From Ylistrum balloti (taxonomy: Eukaryota), in NCBI RefSeq assembly GCF_031769215.1, contig NW_026781988.1:310001-374000 (forward strand): a stretch of DNA of 64,000 nt. Direction: 5' to 3'. The notes beneath the pieces were generated by a model, which was not told the origin of the DNA, did no database searches, and saw only the letters and a list, made by a program, of their open reading frames with translations. Positions within the stretch are counted from its first letter, which is position 1; the number at the start of each line of letters is the position of its first letter. The translations under genes were made by a program, and so were the position numbers. Positions 51,280 to 64,000 of this stretch are shown one piece after another.

Positions 51280-52439
51280 AACTGACTCAGAATTATTGGT
51301 GAGAACATAACAGTCAGAACGTTGTTCGCCTGGACAATCCGAATCGAGTCTTTAATTCAGTTTCATCAGGATCGTTCGAAAAGTCGCGAGCCATAACGTT
51401 GAGATACCCTTTGATGACCGTGAGGCAATTTGATCATAGAGGGTTGCAATGCGTTTATGTAAACCTTGATAGAATTACAAGCACAAATGTTCATGAAAGT
51501 CACTAGATATATAATACTATATACCAGATAAGGTCTCATATCACGCGATAAAGCTGTAAACACATGTATATGATAAACAGCAAATGACACAGTTTGTGGG
51601 AACCTATTACACAGCGTGCGCGTCGAGTAAACTAATACAGGCGTGACCAGGTAAGATTTGTAATCACGCCTTCGATAAGGAAAACCCGTCACACCCGACA
51701 GACCACACTGTCGCGTGTTGTAAAATCAAACATACAATCAAAGTTCATTATTCCAAAGGTTTTTTTTTGTAAAAAAATGTAGTCATACAGACGACCTTCA
51801 AAGCGAAAGGAACGATCTTACCAAATCTCGGGGCTCTGCAAATTCAAAAACAGACGAAGTGAGCATGAAAATGACGGAGCCCATCACGGTGGTGTTAGCT
51901 CACCGACACTCACACAATTACAAGAGTATCAAGAGTTTAAACTGTGATATCAAAAAGAAATGTATTTACAAGTGTTTAAATCAATATTTTTTTTCAAAAT
52001 GACAGATTTAGAACTGAAAACGCAAAATAAATCTACTCCGTGCTACCAGTAATTCTAAAATGTATAATATCCTATTAGATGCTGCTGTGTCTTCTGTTAA
52101 ACCCTCACATAATTGATAGAATTGTTAAATATAATTATTGATTGTTCACATTAATCGCTTAAATGTTGTTTTATCATTTGATAGTTCGTTCGTGAAATAG
52201 TGGTAATTGTGTACCTAAATGTTTCCCTGATATACTAGTGTTGTTGTAACTTTAACTGATCCGTCTTCCATATTACTTAAAACATGGATGTGATGAACGA
52301 AGACATCAAAGCTTGGATGCGTGTTACCAATTCTTCTTGGCTTGGGTGGGTTGGAATTAAAACAACACTTATCAAAGGTCTTGCGCTAATTTTCATATTT
52401 TCCAATCGTTCATATTCCATGATGGCTAATGCACAGTTA

Positions 52440-52836
52440 AACATCAACTTCATAGAAAATGGAAGGGGTGGATACCATCTTCTTCATGCAGGCTACAAGA
52501 TTTCCGTCAGGACCAGAAGTAATCAAGGAGTAAACCCTTTCCAGTTCAAGTAGTCTCCATGGGAATGCTTAGGAGCTGTGATGGGAATATGCGTGCCGGG
52601 GTCAAAGCATTTCCCAATTTTTCACAAAATTTTAAGAATGTTTCCTTTTTCATTCGAAAATTCTCATACCAATCTTCGTTAGTAAAGTCATTAAGTACGG
52701 TTCTGTCGTACCATTCAGTGGATCGGACTTTCCTTCCAATGTCCTTGATTCGGGAACATCCAATAGCTAGTCCTATTCCCAAATAGCAAGGGAATACACT
52801 TTTTCTGTTAAAATTCACCAGTCTGAATCGGTCCAT
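52440..52836 (-). mobile_element. Internally deleted PIF/Harbinger transposase remnant
   Basis: RSTEWY...FTNEDWYENFRMKKETFLKFCEKL (Harbinger N-terminal motif) joined by a frameshift to GTHIPITAPKHSHGDYLNWKG (52597->), the region following the first catalytic Asp. Confidence 0.8.
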
Positions 52837-53307
52837 CTCCTCATTTCAAATGGCAATTTGGGGATTTACTGACGGTACATAAATCTCTTATGCTCGCATA
52901 GCAAATTAACTTTTACTTATGTGTGTAAATTCACTCGTGTGTTTTGCATATATAAGCAAATTTTCGTCGTATGAGTGGGGTTATAGACTTTCGCCTTAGT
53001 CAACTGAAGGACCAATACAGAAATGGACATATTGATGTGCTCGGTTATGCTGATGCTGCTTCCCATCTACTGCATTTACAGTAAATTAGTGAAATAAACA
53101 TCATGTGTTGTATCAAAAAAGAAATATCAGTTATGAAAAATTCTGCTGTGAAAAAAAACATTCGTGTACCGAATTGAATTAATTCATTTCCTTTTGTATA
53201 GGAACACCTTTTACCTTCACGTATATAGTTTATCAATTATACAAATTGAGCTGTTACCATTGAATTACTAATAGGTGATTTTAATTCATGGTATAGAGGA
53301 TGCACAG

Positions 53308-54654
53308 TGGTAACGTGGAACGAGCGTCGGTCAGCGATCCGGGAAATGAACACCGAAAAGATTGATTGCAATGACAAATGTTTATTTACAATGATGACAA
53401 TAAAGAGATTAAATAAAAAAACCTATAATACCCACACGTCACACTAATTCACTCATTCACAAACACAATTATTACAAGTTACAGTCTGTAGCTACACACA
53501 CAACGACGAATGGGATCCTGGTACAGTTCCGGTGCAAGACGGTCGCTAACCTGCAACCACGCTCAATCCAGAGCCAAGAGGTATAAACACATCAAGCAGC
53601 ACCATGCTTGCTTGAAACGCCCAAATTGGCAAACTCACTGGTGTCCAAGACACGACAGGAAAGCTGGGATGTACACACTAGTGTCCTTGACACGACAGCC
53701 ATCCCAATAGTAGATATACTGTGACTCAGCCTCCAAGCAAGTCGCTGACCCTGGCCTACGTAACGACCCAACACATGTATTCCATGCTGACCTTGACCCT
53801 GGTGAAGAGAACTCATCCGGTCGGTCCTGACACTGGAGTCGCAATGAGTTGGCACAGCTGACTGGTCCTGGTTTGATAGCTGAGACTCCTAGTCCGTCAT
53901 GTGAAGCTACAATAATACATAGTGGAAAATAATGCTGTAGTCACACAGATTCACTCTCACCTGGCATACTAATTAACTAATAATTAATTATCAATAATAT
54001 AAATATTCATTAATATATTGTAAATATACGTAAATCAATATAATAAAGATAAAGGGATAAGTGTTCGGCTCCAAATGGCTATAAAAACACGACTAAGCAC
54101 AATTCATAGAAGTTGGCGTCTCACGGCTTCCATACTTTTTTACCCAGTGCGCGTACACACTCCAACTAACGCTATAGCTCTAGCTCAGAGCTTCCATAGA
54201 ATTTTAAAACGGACAAGAACCCTATATTTATTCAATAATTCTACACACAACAATCTATTATGTTTATATTATCTAAATACACCAGAAATCAATAGGAAGT
54301 ATGAAATTAAAATGATATAGCAGAAACACACCACAAAACAAGTGTACTAAATGTATCAACAATAGTTACGCATGATTGGAGCGCACCGACACCTCGATTG
54401 CTTGACCCGATAGATTTGACGGCATGGATAAAATAATGCCAGAAAAAAAACATATGGAAACGGAAGAAAGAAACATAACTTACCACAGTCTGTCGTCTGT
54501 GCCTTGTTCACAATATCGGAAACAGCTATATTTACATATCGGCTACACGAACTCACAAAACTGTGAACCGTAAACAAGTGTCCATTCCGTGCACAACCGG
54601 TCAAGCCCGTGACGTATATCCGCCCAGTGGTGCGGACAATTAAGAGTCCTTACA
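53308..54654 (-). mobile_element. Possible solo LTR-like element
   Basis: Minus strand begins TGTAAGG and ends CGTTACCA, with AATAAA ~75 nt from the end and an internal GTAAGT donor. No matching TSD. Confidence 0.3.
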
Positions 54655-55249
54655 CCGCAAAACAAACTCAAATTAAAACTTACCATTTATAGACAAACTA
54701 TACATGCTTACGTGACACACAGAACATCATAATACTCCTATTCAAAAGGACGTTTGAAATCTAGTGTCTATATATGTATATATACATAAATAATTGAAAT
54801 AGTTGAAAAATAGTAGCTATATGTGTACTTTCTTATATTCCTATGTTTTTCTACGATTCTATAATTGAAAAATAGAAGCTATGCGTGTACTTTCTTATAT
54901 TTTTCTTTAATTCAAAATAGTAGCTATGTTTCTCATATATATGGTATATAAGTAAGTTTTGACTGTAAATGCATTCAATGTGAAATAAAAATACACGTAA
55001 TTCTAAAACATCCAGAGTTATTTTTCTCTTGAAAGAAGGAAGTTTTATGAAGCAGTCTATAGCCTTAAAGCCCCAATATACGTAACATTCACGAAAAATT
55101 TAGTGTAGAATCACACATAATTATTGAGATATTCTCTAAGATGAAGTTAAAATTAAGTTATTCAAACAATAGTTACCATGACTTTGTGCATAAAGTATTG
55201 ATATATCAGCAGTTGAAACTCGCTATTTGTAAACACACCTCCATTTAAA

Positions 55250-55610
55250 ACACGCCGCCATCGAAATTATGATTGTTGCCGAACCACGTCGGAAATTTCA
55301 TGACCTGATCTCGCGAGAGTTGAGGATTCTACTTATAGAGGAAGCACATGCAGATATGTCTTCGGTAAGTTTTTGTTTACAAACATTGTTTGCGAAGTCT
55401 TGTCGTAGACTTGAGATATTTCTGTGATAAACATTCAGTTTTTGGGAAATTATTAGAAGGAATAATTAGTTTAGAAACGATACGACGCACAATTATAACG
55501 TAAGAATTCAGAACTGGCCTGGTGTGTGATTGGAAAAAAGGAAGGGACTGGTGAACGTCTGTACTGTGTCTGCCATGTTTACACCCGCGGAATATGCGCA
55601 TGCGCAATGT
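55250..55610 (+). promoter_or_regulatory. Candidate promoter cluster with a short ATG-containing exon
   Basis: GCCGCCAT (YY1-like) at 55254, TCTCGCGAGA at 55309-55318, ATG TCT TCG|GTAAGT at 55356-55370, TGCGCATGCGCA (NRF1-like) at 55595-55606. Confidence 0.4.
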
Positions 55611-55820
55611 CATCGCTACGAGCGGTAATGTATGAATTATTGTGGGTCCCACATTGTTTATTTTCCGATTTTTTCAATTTTTATTTAAATTGAAAACAGT
55701 TTTATTTTCTTTAATTAAAGGAAAGTATTTGTTTTGTTTCATATATTACGGGGGAAATAAGATAAAGTTTGTTTTTTTATAGTGATTTTTACGTATATTG
55801 TGCTACCTTTCACATCTCAC

Positions 55821-55898
55821 CTGGCCAAGAAAGAAGAAGACATCGACGGAGCGGCCCTGACCAAGTTGACCCAAGGACATTTGTATGGATCTCTTTGA
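55821..55898 (+). pseudogene. SAM-domain-like coding fragment
   Basis: LAKKEEDIDGAALTKLTQGHLYGSL* resembles the SAM motif E-IDG-AL--LT. Short and terminated by a stop. Confidence 0.35.
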
Positions 55899-56249
55899 TA
55901 TGGACGAGTAACCTATAGAACATCAGGATGCTTCTGTATGTTGATTAGAAACTATCTTTTGTAATGGATATTAACGCGAAGTACTAACTATGGAAAACCA
56001 CTATACGATGAAATAAACGTTTCGGCCAACCCAAGTAAACACCGTGTTTTGTCATTGTGTTACATCTCCCTCGGCAAAATTCCTAAATTTGGTGAGTACA
56101 TTTAACATGCATTAACTTCCAAAAATCATTGGATTGGGTGGTATTTGTGCTGTGAAAGTGGAAGGACGTGTTGAATTACAGCTCTGCAAAATCTGGTATT
56201 ATACACGAATGACACCCTGACATTTGAACTCTTTCTACTACTACTGGTT

Positions 56250-59200
56250 TTGGTAAGTTTTACGTCGTATGTTTCCAAGTTAAAACTTGCCGGTATGTCC
56301 GAAATTATCAGTATTTCCGCTGACGACCCTTTGAGTCGGAACCAGGCCGCTTTGTATGTACAGGACGTAATGGCGACGCCAGTAGTCGATGTAGTGGTGG
56401 ATGTTCATTCAGAGGCCAGTCTTTCCCAACACCAGTTTTTCAATACACCGCGGAAAAGAAATTTGTCTACCAGTGATATAGTGCTATGTAATGACTCCAA
56501 AAAAATAAAAACATTTCAAACAGAGAACGTGTTATTTCTCAAAACCCAACGACTCCCCATGAGGCGCCACTGTCTCCTCCCCAAGGCCAACCTGCCACCA
56601 CCCTGTCCTCTGTCACGCTAACCAATGATAGTGACATTATCTCGCTCATCAAAGACCTAAGTGTAACCATGAAGAACAATTTCGACGAAATGAGGTCGCG
56701 TATAGAAAATTTAGAGGGAAAGATCACAAAAAACGTCCTAAAAGATGTAAACTCGCGTATTGATGCTGAGATGGAAAAAATAAAATCTGACCTATCAGGT
56801 GATCTAGATGACATGCAAAGTAACGTCGAATCCCAAATATCTGGAATGTCGAAAGTCTGTAAATCTTTGCAGGTAGAAGTAAAGAATCTGTCGAGCACTG
56901 CAGACAGATCGTTGAACATTGTTATTTGGAATTTGCCCGAGCAATCCAGTGAAAATGTATCTAGGAAGGTAAACACGCTAATCAACGAAGGGCTAAAATT
57001 ACGGGACATCAGAATCAAATCGGCCGAACGTAAACAGTGTAAAAACCATAACAAAGTTGGTATAATTATTGCGCAGTGCCAAAATAAGGAGGATAAAAAG
57101 TCAAAACTCGAATCAAAATCGGCTCTACGTGACAATGATAGGTACAAAGATGTGTTTATTAATAACGACGTACCAGCGGAACAGAGGAATGTGACCGAAA
57201 ATTTAAGGAGAATTGTAAACACACTGGGTCGAGATAAACTTCAAATGAATGGTCCAGGGTAGTAAACATTACTCAGAACACTTTTGCCAGGGATTCTTAT
57301 GCAAATAAGGTGCAACGAGGGCACCGTGACCGTAGCCAATCAAATTGCAGTTCTCGTCGCCAACGGCGTAATACAGACCGCACGCGCTCACCTGTTCAGG
57401 TACATGTACAAGCCCACTCGAAGCGCATCGGCTCGGAACGGCGATCTAATAGTTGGGGAAACCATAGTGACACTTTGGAACAAACTCCGAGGAAACTCAA
57501 CAGTCATTCTCATGGATCGGAAAGGGCAAGATCTGGGAACAACCGCCGTCGATCAAGGTATAACTCACCGCGCGATAACCGTAACCAATAGGGGTCACTT
57601 CGACTGTCTCTCTGGAATATTAATGGCTGGTCAACCCGTGAAACTGACAACGCTAAATTTCGCCAGTGTGTAGTTAACGATTTTGAGGATGATATAATCG
57701 GCATATGTGAAACTTTTTTGCGAGGCGATAAGCAAATTGAAGTGCCGGGATATACATTTTATTGTCATAACGGAAACTTTCTGCATACACGAGCTAAACG
57801 AGGGTCAGGTGGAGTAGGATTTTTAGTTAGAGACGAAATTGCGCAAAGTTGTAATATCGTCATAGAAGGCAATTCGATGGAAGGTATTCTTTGGCTGAAA
57901 CTCACCAATACAGCCTGGTCATTATTCGTATGCGTATGTTACCTACCTCCGAATCAGTCTACACGTTACACAGAACCTACGGTATTCTTTAACAAACTTT
58001 TACAAGACGTCTACACGTACCAAAATGAAGGCTATTTGTGCATTTTAGGTGATTTTAATTCTAGGTGTGGCAGTCATAGTTATTATGTGGAAGGAGTCGA
58101 TGGTGTGCCCCCAAGGACTATAATAGATGACGTCACAAACAACTTTGGAGATCACTTAATCGACTTCTGTGTCGATTCAAACTTTTGTATGTTGAATGGG
58201 CGATAAAAGTCAGAGAACAACCATTTCACATGTGTATCTACAAGGGGAAAGTCCGTTGTGGATTATATACTTGTTCCGCATGACCAGTTGAACATATTCT
58301 CAGACTTTAAGGTTCATACTATGGCTAATGTTATTGCCGCCTTAGGAAGCGCCCCGGACAGTATACCGGATCACTCGTACCTCCAATGCACCGTCAAACT
58401 AGTGTCTGTAACAAAAAGCGTGGCAAGTCCTACGCCATATCATGTACCACAAAGACGTCATATTAACCGGAATAATGTACAGAACTGTCTTTCGGGTAAC
58501 GATCATATGGAAGCAGTACTCAAGACTATCTCTAAAATAGAAGAGAAAGTAAACTCAAATAAGGATATAAATGATATCTACTCTGAATTTGAACAATATA
58601 TATATTGTGAAATGGACCGGTGTGGTATGTTTACTACTGGTGATCAGGCTACAGTTAACACCAAACCATTCCGGAAACCATACTGGGACGACGTTCTTAG
58701 TTCACTATGGAGGGAAGTGCGTGATAAGGAGCGGAAATGGTTATCCTTTAAAGGTGGCGGACATCGCAAACATTTACTAAAGGTGGATTATTGCTCTGTA
58801 AGGAAACAATTCGATAAAGCTCACCGACGTTACAAACGTAACTACCAAGTGGAAAACAGCGTTCCTTAGCAGAAAAACTACAAAGTAACAGTAAACCTAA
58901 GGATTTTTGGCGCGTAATAGGCAAGATTGGAATAAAATCTGAACGTAAACCAAACATCCCAATGGAAATCATTGATGATGACGGTAATGTGGACACTAAT
59001 ATAAACAACGTCATAAATAAGTGGAGAGATGACTACAGGTCTTTATTTTCATCATCTTTATCAACACGTGATACTCTGTCTGGATACGTCCCTATAGATA
59101 CATGTATTTCTACGAACAACAGTGTGGATGTCGATGTAACTGAACTTAACTGTCCTATCGCTTACTCAGAGGTAGAGGAGGCTGTTAAACGGGCCAAATT

Positions 59201-61316
59201 AAATAAGGCGCCAGGATCAGATGATGTTCCGGCGGAAATTCTGAAAAATAATGTATGTGTAAACCTTTTATTTACGCTCATTGACAAATGTTTCCAGTCA
59301 GGTGCATCCCAAAACGCTGGAGGGAAGGAATTATCAATCCTATAACCAAACCTAATTCTACCAATCCACGGGAACCGCTAACATACCGAGGGATAACATT
59401 GTTGACGGTACCGTACAAAGTCTATTGTGATGTACTTAATAAACGCCTTACGTCATGGCTGGAAAAGCACGGTCTTATTGAGGATGAACAAAACGGTTTC
59501 CGTAGAAACAGAAGTTGCCAGGACCACATTTACTCCTTATATACAATTATTAACAACAGAAAACTAGCGAAACAATCAACTTATGCCTGTTTTATTGATC
59601 TAAGGAAGGCTTTCGATTCCGTCAACCGAGGCCTACTCCGACATAAACTTCAATGCCTAGGTCTACGAGGAGGAATTTTTAACTCGCTACGCTCGTTATA
59701 TGATGACATCAGATGTTGTGTGCAAATCAACAATCATCGTACGGAATGGTTCAACGTAGATGTCGGTTTAAAACAGGGGTGTTTAGCGTCCCCTACACTA
59801 TTCTCTATATTCATTAACGATTTGATCAAGGAGCTTCGACAGCTGAATCTTGGAATTGATGTGGATAATACAAATATTGCGTCGTTATTTTACGCTGATG
59901 ATATTGTGTTGTTAGCTCCGTCTGCTGAGAATTTACGTGTAATTAACCACGTCGGTGATTGGTGTGCAAAGTGGGATTTAAAAGTTAATTATGGAAAATC
60001 TAACGTGGTCCATTTCCGTCATATTAACCAGCCTCGCACTACATGTAATTTTACACTCGACGGTACCACAGTTACTATCTCAGACAGATATAAATATCTG
60101 GGTCTCTGGTTCGACGAACATCTCACATTCAAAGTAGCAATCCAGGAATTATCCAAGTCAGCAAGTAGAGCCTTAGGTGCCCTCACTACAAAATTCCTGA
60201 GTGTAGGAGGTATGGAATATAAGGTATTTACAAAACTTTTTGAATCACTTGTACAACCTATCTTATTATATAGAGCTGCAGTATGGGGACATACGGAGCA
60301 TCGGAAATTGAACAATATTCAAACGCGTGCCATGAAACTCTTCTTATGTGTCGGTAAACGTGCGTCAAACTTGGGTTCGTTAGGAGATATGGGATGGACT
60401 TCATTAGTAACAAAACAAAGGATGGAGGTTTTTCGTCAATACATTCGTTTACAAAATGTGGACGCAGACCGTCTTCTTCACAAAATTCATAAATGGTCTA
60501 TATGAAGAGGAAACTCGTGGGAAGCTAGAGTTAAACGCCTAGCATCAAAACTTAACATTAGAGATATCATAAACAGTGCTAATAGTAATAGGTGGAAAAT
60601 GTGTAACATCGGGCGAAGCCTTCGTATCCACGATGAAGCTGTGTGGTTCACAAAACTCTGGACAGATAAAGGAATAAATGGCAACAAACTGCGAACGTAT
60701 CGACGTTTTAAGAAAGATATGATACCCGATAGTTACGTGATGTCTATCATTCCAAGAAATTATCGTCGTGCATTGTCGCGTCTTCGTTTGGGTTGTCTCC
60801 CCCTTTCCATAGAGACAGGTCGATATACAAACATTCCTCTAGATGACCGCCTGTGTAAACATTGTGAGAGTGGTCAAGTCGAAGACGAGATACATTTTCT
60901 ATGTGACTGTCCAGTTTTTAATGAAATTAGAAGTGATCTTTTTAATGAAGCTACAGCCATTTTACCAAACTTTCCTTTATTAACTTCGTGTGAAAAATTT
61001 GTAAGGTTAATGGAGATGCCGGATATTCAGTTTTTATTAGCCAAAACAGTCTTTTTAATGCTTAAGTACCGGCGCTCACTTGTGTAGGAAATATCAGTAT
61101 ATTTTGACGAGGTCTACATGTAATTATCAATACAGGACATTATAATCGTAACTTTTATTGTTTTAACCATAACTTTAATGCTTAACTATATAGTGTCTCA
61201 TAAGCCGATATCGGCTGGGTATCACTTTTATTAATAACTGTTCAATATTGTTTTTATTACTATGTACTGTGATATGTGACACTCAAATAAAATATATTGA
61301 TTGATTGATTGATTGA
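56250..61316 (+). mobile_element. Near full-length, inactivated non-LTR retrotransposon (RTEX/CR1-L2-like; clade tentative)
   Basis: ORF1 ~56295-57591 (coiled coil, NIVIWNLPE, RS-rich tail; two frameshifts). ORF2 57592-61087 with WNINGW, GICETF, GDFNSR, VDYI, EQNGFR, FIDLRKAFDSV, LKQGCLASP, YADD, YKYLG, IETGRY...CKHC...EDEIHFLCDC. Stops at 58204 and 60503; frameshifts near 58860 and 59290. AATAAA at 61286 and (ATTG)5 tail at 61296-61316. Confidence 0.93.
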
Positions 61317-61409
61317 CTTATAGTGGTTGTCAATATTTTGCATGATTTCATAATTTTGCCTTGAGCAGTATTTTGTGTCATTACCTGCCACAGGCAAAAT
61401 GACCTTACC

Positions 61410-61605
61410 TATGTAAGTAGGCCTTGCTGGTATTGTGACTGGTATCCAATCAAATATTACAATTAGCATATGGATTTGTTAATAATTGATTAATTTCTAT
61501 GTGTAGCGAACAAAGCAAAATGAAAGGCCTTGCTGGTATTCCAATCAAATATTACAATTAGCATATGGATTTGTTAATAATTGATTAATTTCTATGTGTA
61601 GCGAA
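61410..61605. repeat. Tandem duplication, two ~80-90 bp copies
   Basis: AGGCCTTGCTGGTATT...CCAATCAAATATTACAATTAGCATATGGATTTGTTAATAATTGATTAATTTCTATGTGTAGCGAA occurs twice. Confidence 0.9.
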
Positions 61606-62661
61606 TGATGGGGAGTCTATACAGCTAGCGGCCATGTCGAACTCAGGTGGTACGTGCTATGGATTGAATGGACACCTTTTTTGATAACGGCGAGGTACAC
61701 TCATCTCAGGGGTGACATTCCCAGGACCCCTGGTTTTCTGATTATAATTATTTTGATAAGGAACAGTTATAACAAAGCGATTAACGGTGTTCGGGGCAGT
61801 CATAGAGGAAGGGTTGGCTCGGTACACACCTCCTATAAGCCACTAATAAGAGGACAAATTTGGATACGATATTGCAGGTGTTGGTTGTCGTGGAGAGTGT
61901 GTAACAGGATTTAAGACCGAACAGTGCACTCATGGGACTTGATCCCTGAACAAGGTTAGTAAGAACGGTGTGTGACAGCTCCAGGACAAATTTGAAACGT
62001 CATCTGTCATGTCACACAACTTCTATTTGTGGTGTAAAAAAAAACAGTGCATCAAAGAGCACGTATTTAAATTATATATATGTGTAGATATTTAACCAGA
62101 TTGATTAGGTAGTCGAATTTGGGAAATATGTATCTCTAGATTAATCGATTTATATTTACACTTCGTGTGTCCAGCGATGTTTATTTCTCGAGTATGTTCA
62201 CTTCCCAAGCCAATTCCAATCTATGTTTGTTTCCTTGTTGGGAGATTTAGTGTCCAGCAGCTGGATGACACTCTTCATGTGTTTGTGTCGTTAAATTAAT
62301 CACCCAGGTGTGCAAATCGTGTGTCCAGCGCTGTGTATTCCCCAAATATGTCTATTTTCGTGCTTAATGTCCGACCAAGGTGTTTTCTTGTTGAGAAATT
62401 GGCTGTTCGGGGAGAGTTTCGGACACTGTGTGACAAAATAGCTGTAAAATTAAGGTAATTAATTATTTTAAGATACTTAATTGGTAGTAATTAGTGTTAG
62501 TTAATGATATATCATTGTGGTGGAGGGATTATATTGATTATATTTTCTTCACATATTGGAACATGTTTTAGATAAGTTGGAAGTTCAATGTACTGTTACA
62601 GTTGAGCAGAGAGAAGGATAATTATATCAAATTTAGATTCTCTACATTCCAGATGGACGTT

Positions 62662-62820
62662 CACATGCATCAATCTCAATATTGGGTTGAGAGGTTTGAT
62701 AGTTTAACAGTGGTGTAGTCTATCTATCTATCCTATAGTATTGCTTTTTGTATATATATGAAAGTCTGGTTCAATCTCATAGAACTATGTCTTTATAGAT
62801 ATAATTACTGCAAGAAAAGT
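62662..62820. repeat. 159-bp direct repeat, copy 1 (copy 2 63819-63977)
   Basis: Near-identical CACATGCATCAATCTCAATATTGGG...GAAAAGT. Confidence 0.92.
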
Positions 62821-63818
62821 TGTTACAAAATTGGGTGTCAAAATTAGTGTATCGCAAGATACACAGAATGTTACAGAATGTAGTTCAATATTATTGTATC
62901 CCAGATCCCCGGCAGTCGGCGACGGGTCACCCATGGTCACAATAATTGACAGAAAAATCCACGAACGCTCACAAATATTTGAAACCTAAGTAAAACATTC
63001 CATAGATGATGACACTACTGTTACTTTACCATCAATTATAGTATAAATTAGTCGAATAACATTCAAGTAGGCCAAAAAAACGAAACGATATAACCTGGCT
63101 TCTGCTAGAAAACTAATGGCTGCCGGAGTGGGACAGAACGCGCGCTTCCACTTGTGACCTCACTACTGAAGAGCTCTGTTACAGTGCCGTTCGATGATCT
63201 CGTTCAGGTGTGTTTTTAGCGTTTTCGACAATAACTTTGGAATGCGTGGATCGTTTTCGGCGATTTTTGCGGTAAATGAACGAGCAAAGGTTATTTGATT
63301 TTATGACACATATATGACAAAGCATTCAGGTTCCTCTTTAAGTCGAGTAATCTTTGGCTGACTGTTGAAGGATTAAGTTGTAAGATTAATTTTATCAAAT
63401 ACGTAATATCAGGGGACTGGGTGTGAATTATGAATGCACCGTTATTCTGTAACTGTATTTACAGTGGTCAGCACTGCTATCTAGTAATCCTATTAGCCTA
63501 TTAACAAACTTAGCTATCTTTAGGAGCAGCGGTCTGCCATTGATGTTGCGCCGCCGTGGTAAATACAAAGCTGAAACATGAAATTCTCCCGGTACATATG
63601 TCTTAGTTCGTGAATTTGCTGAAGTCCACCCTGATATGAAATCCAACCAATGGGGTACTGGATCGTGGCATGGCCATGACCAGAGTTACTAGTTTAGGGA
63701 TAAAAAGAGGGGAGTTTTGGGGTAGGAGGGGGAGCTCGACTGGACAAGACTCAGCGACAGACTCACATTGCCAAATAAATTAAGAGACCATCTTTCGTCG
63801 TCAGCTTGTTGTGTTACA

Positions 63819-63977
63819 CACATGCATCAATCTCAATATTGGGTTGAGAGGTTTGATAGTTTAACAGTGGTGTAGTCTATCTATCTATCCTATAGTATTG
63901 TTTTTTGTATATATATGAAAGTCTGGTTTAATCTCATAGAACTATGTCTTTATAGATATAATTACTGGAAGAAAAGT
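63819..63977. repeat. 159-bp direct repeat, copy 2
   Basis: See 62662-62820; offset 1157 bp. Confidence 0.92.
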
Positions 63978-64000
63978 CTAACCATGATACTTCAAGGAAG

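Larger units (their letters stand above)
46020..51730 (-). mobile_element. Near full-length non-LTR retrotransposon (APE + RT + C-terminal CCHC-like motif); clade unassigned
   Basis: ORF1 51279->49784 with one frameshift near 50200; ORF2 49830->46259 with one frameshift near 48105. 3' end GGAGGAATAAAG (AATAAA at 46034-46029). The 5' boundary is approximate and no TSD was found. Confidence 0.92.

Noticed and set aside
55331-61323. ACTTATAG at 55331 and 61316 as a LINE target-site duplication
   Set aside because: An 8-bp AT-rich match over ~1 kb of candidate positions can occur by chance, and it would imply an unusually long 5' UTR.
61960-62025. VCDSSRTNLKRHLSCH, resembling a C2H2 zinc finger
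   Set aside because: Cysteine spacing is wrong and flanking stops are present; a single weak match.

Overview
AT-rich, intron-containing animal genomic DNA. The repeat and LINE content suggests an invertebrate, probably a mollusc (inference). The window holds three apparently intact + strand multi-exon genes: a tetraspanin (CDS 16833-25446, 8 coding exons, 277 aa) and two tandem DNase I paralogs (31649-35503 and 40665-44846, 8 coding exons and 280 aa each). It also has two near full-length but disrupted APE-RT LINEs lying back to back (~46020-51730 minus, ~56250-61316 plus), a Harbinger transposase remnant, SINE/MITE/LTR-like remnants, many minisatellites and an assembly gap (3520-3833). Main discovery: the 45-bp satellite at 27541-28616 consists of back-to-back hammerhead ribozyme motifs. 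One monomer supplies the complete core (CUGACGA, GUCC/GGAC stem II, GAAA, palindromic ACAGCUGU stem III, GUA site, UGAUG/CAUCA stem I), and 11 of 24 monomers keep an intact core. A second, inverted, core-mutated array (14477-15524) with the same flanks sits on the other side of the tetraspanin gene. Single inactivated monomers with related 3' flanks lie in intron 1 of both DNase I genes. All calls were made by hand; no databases were searched.
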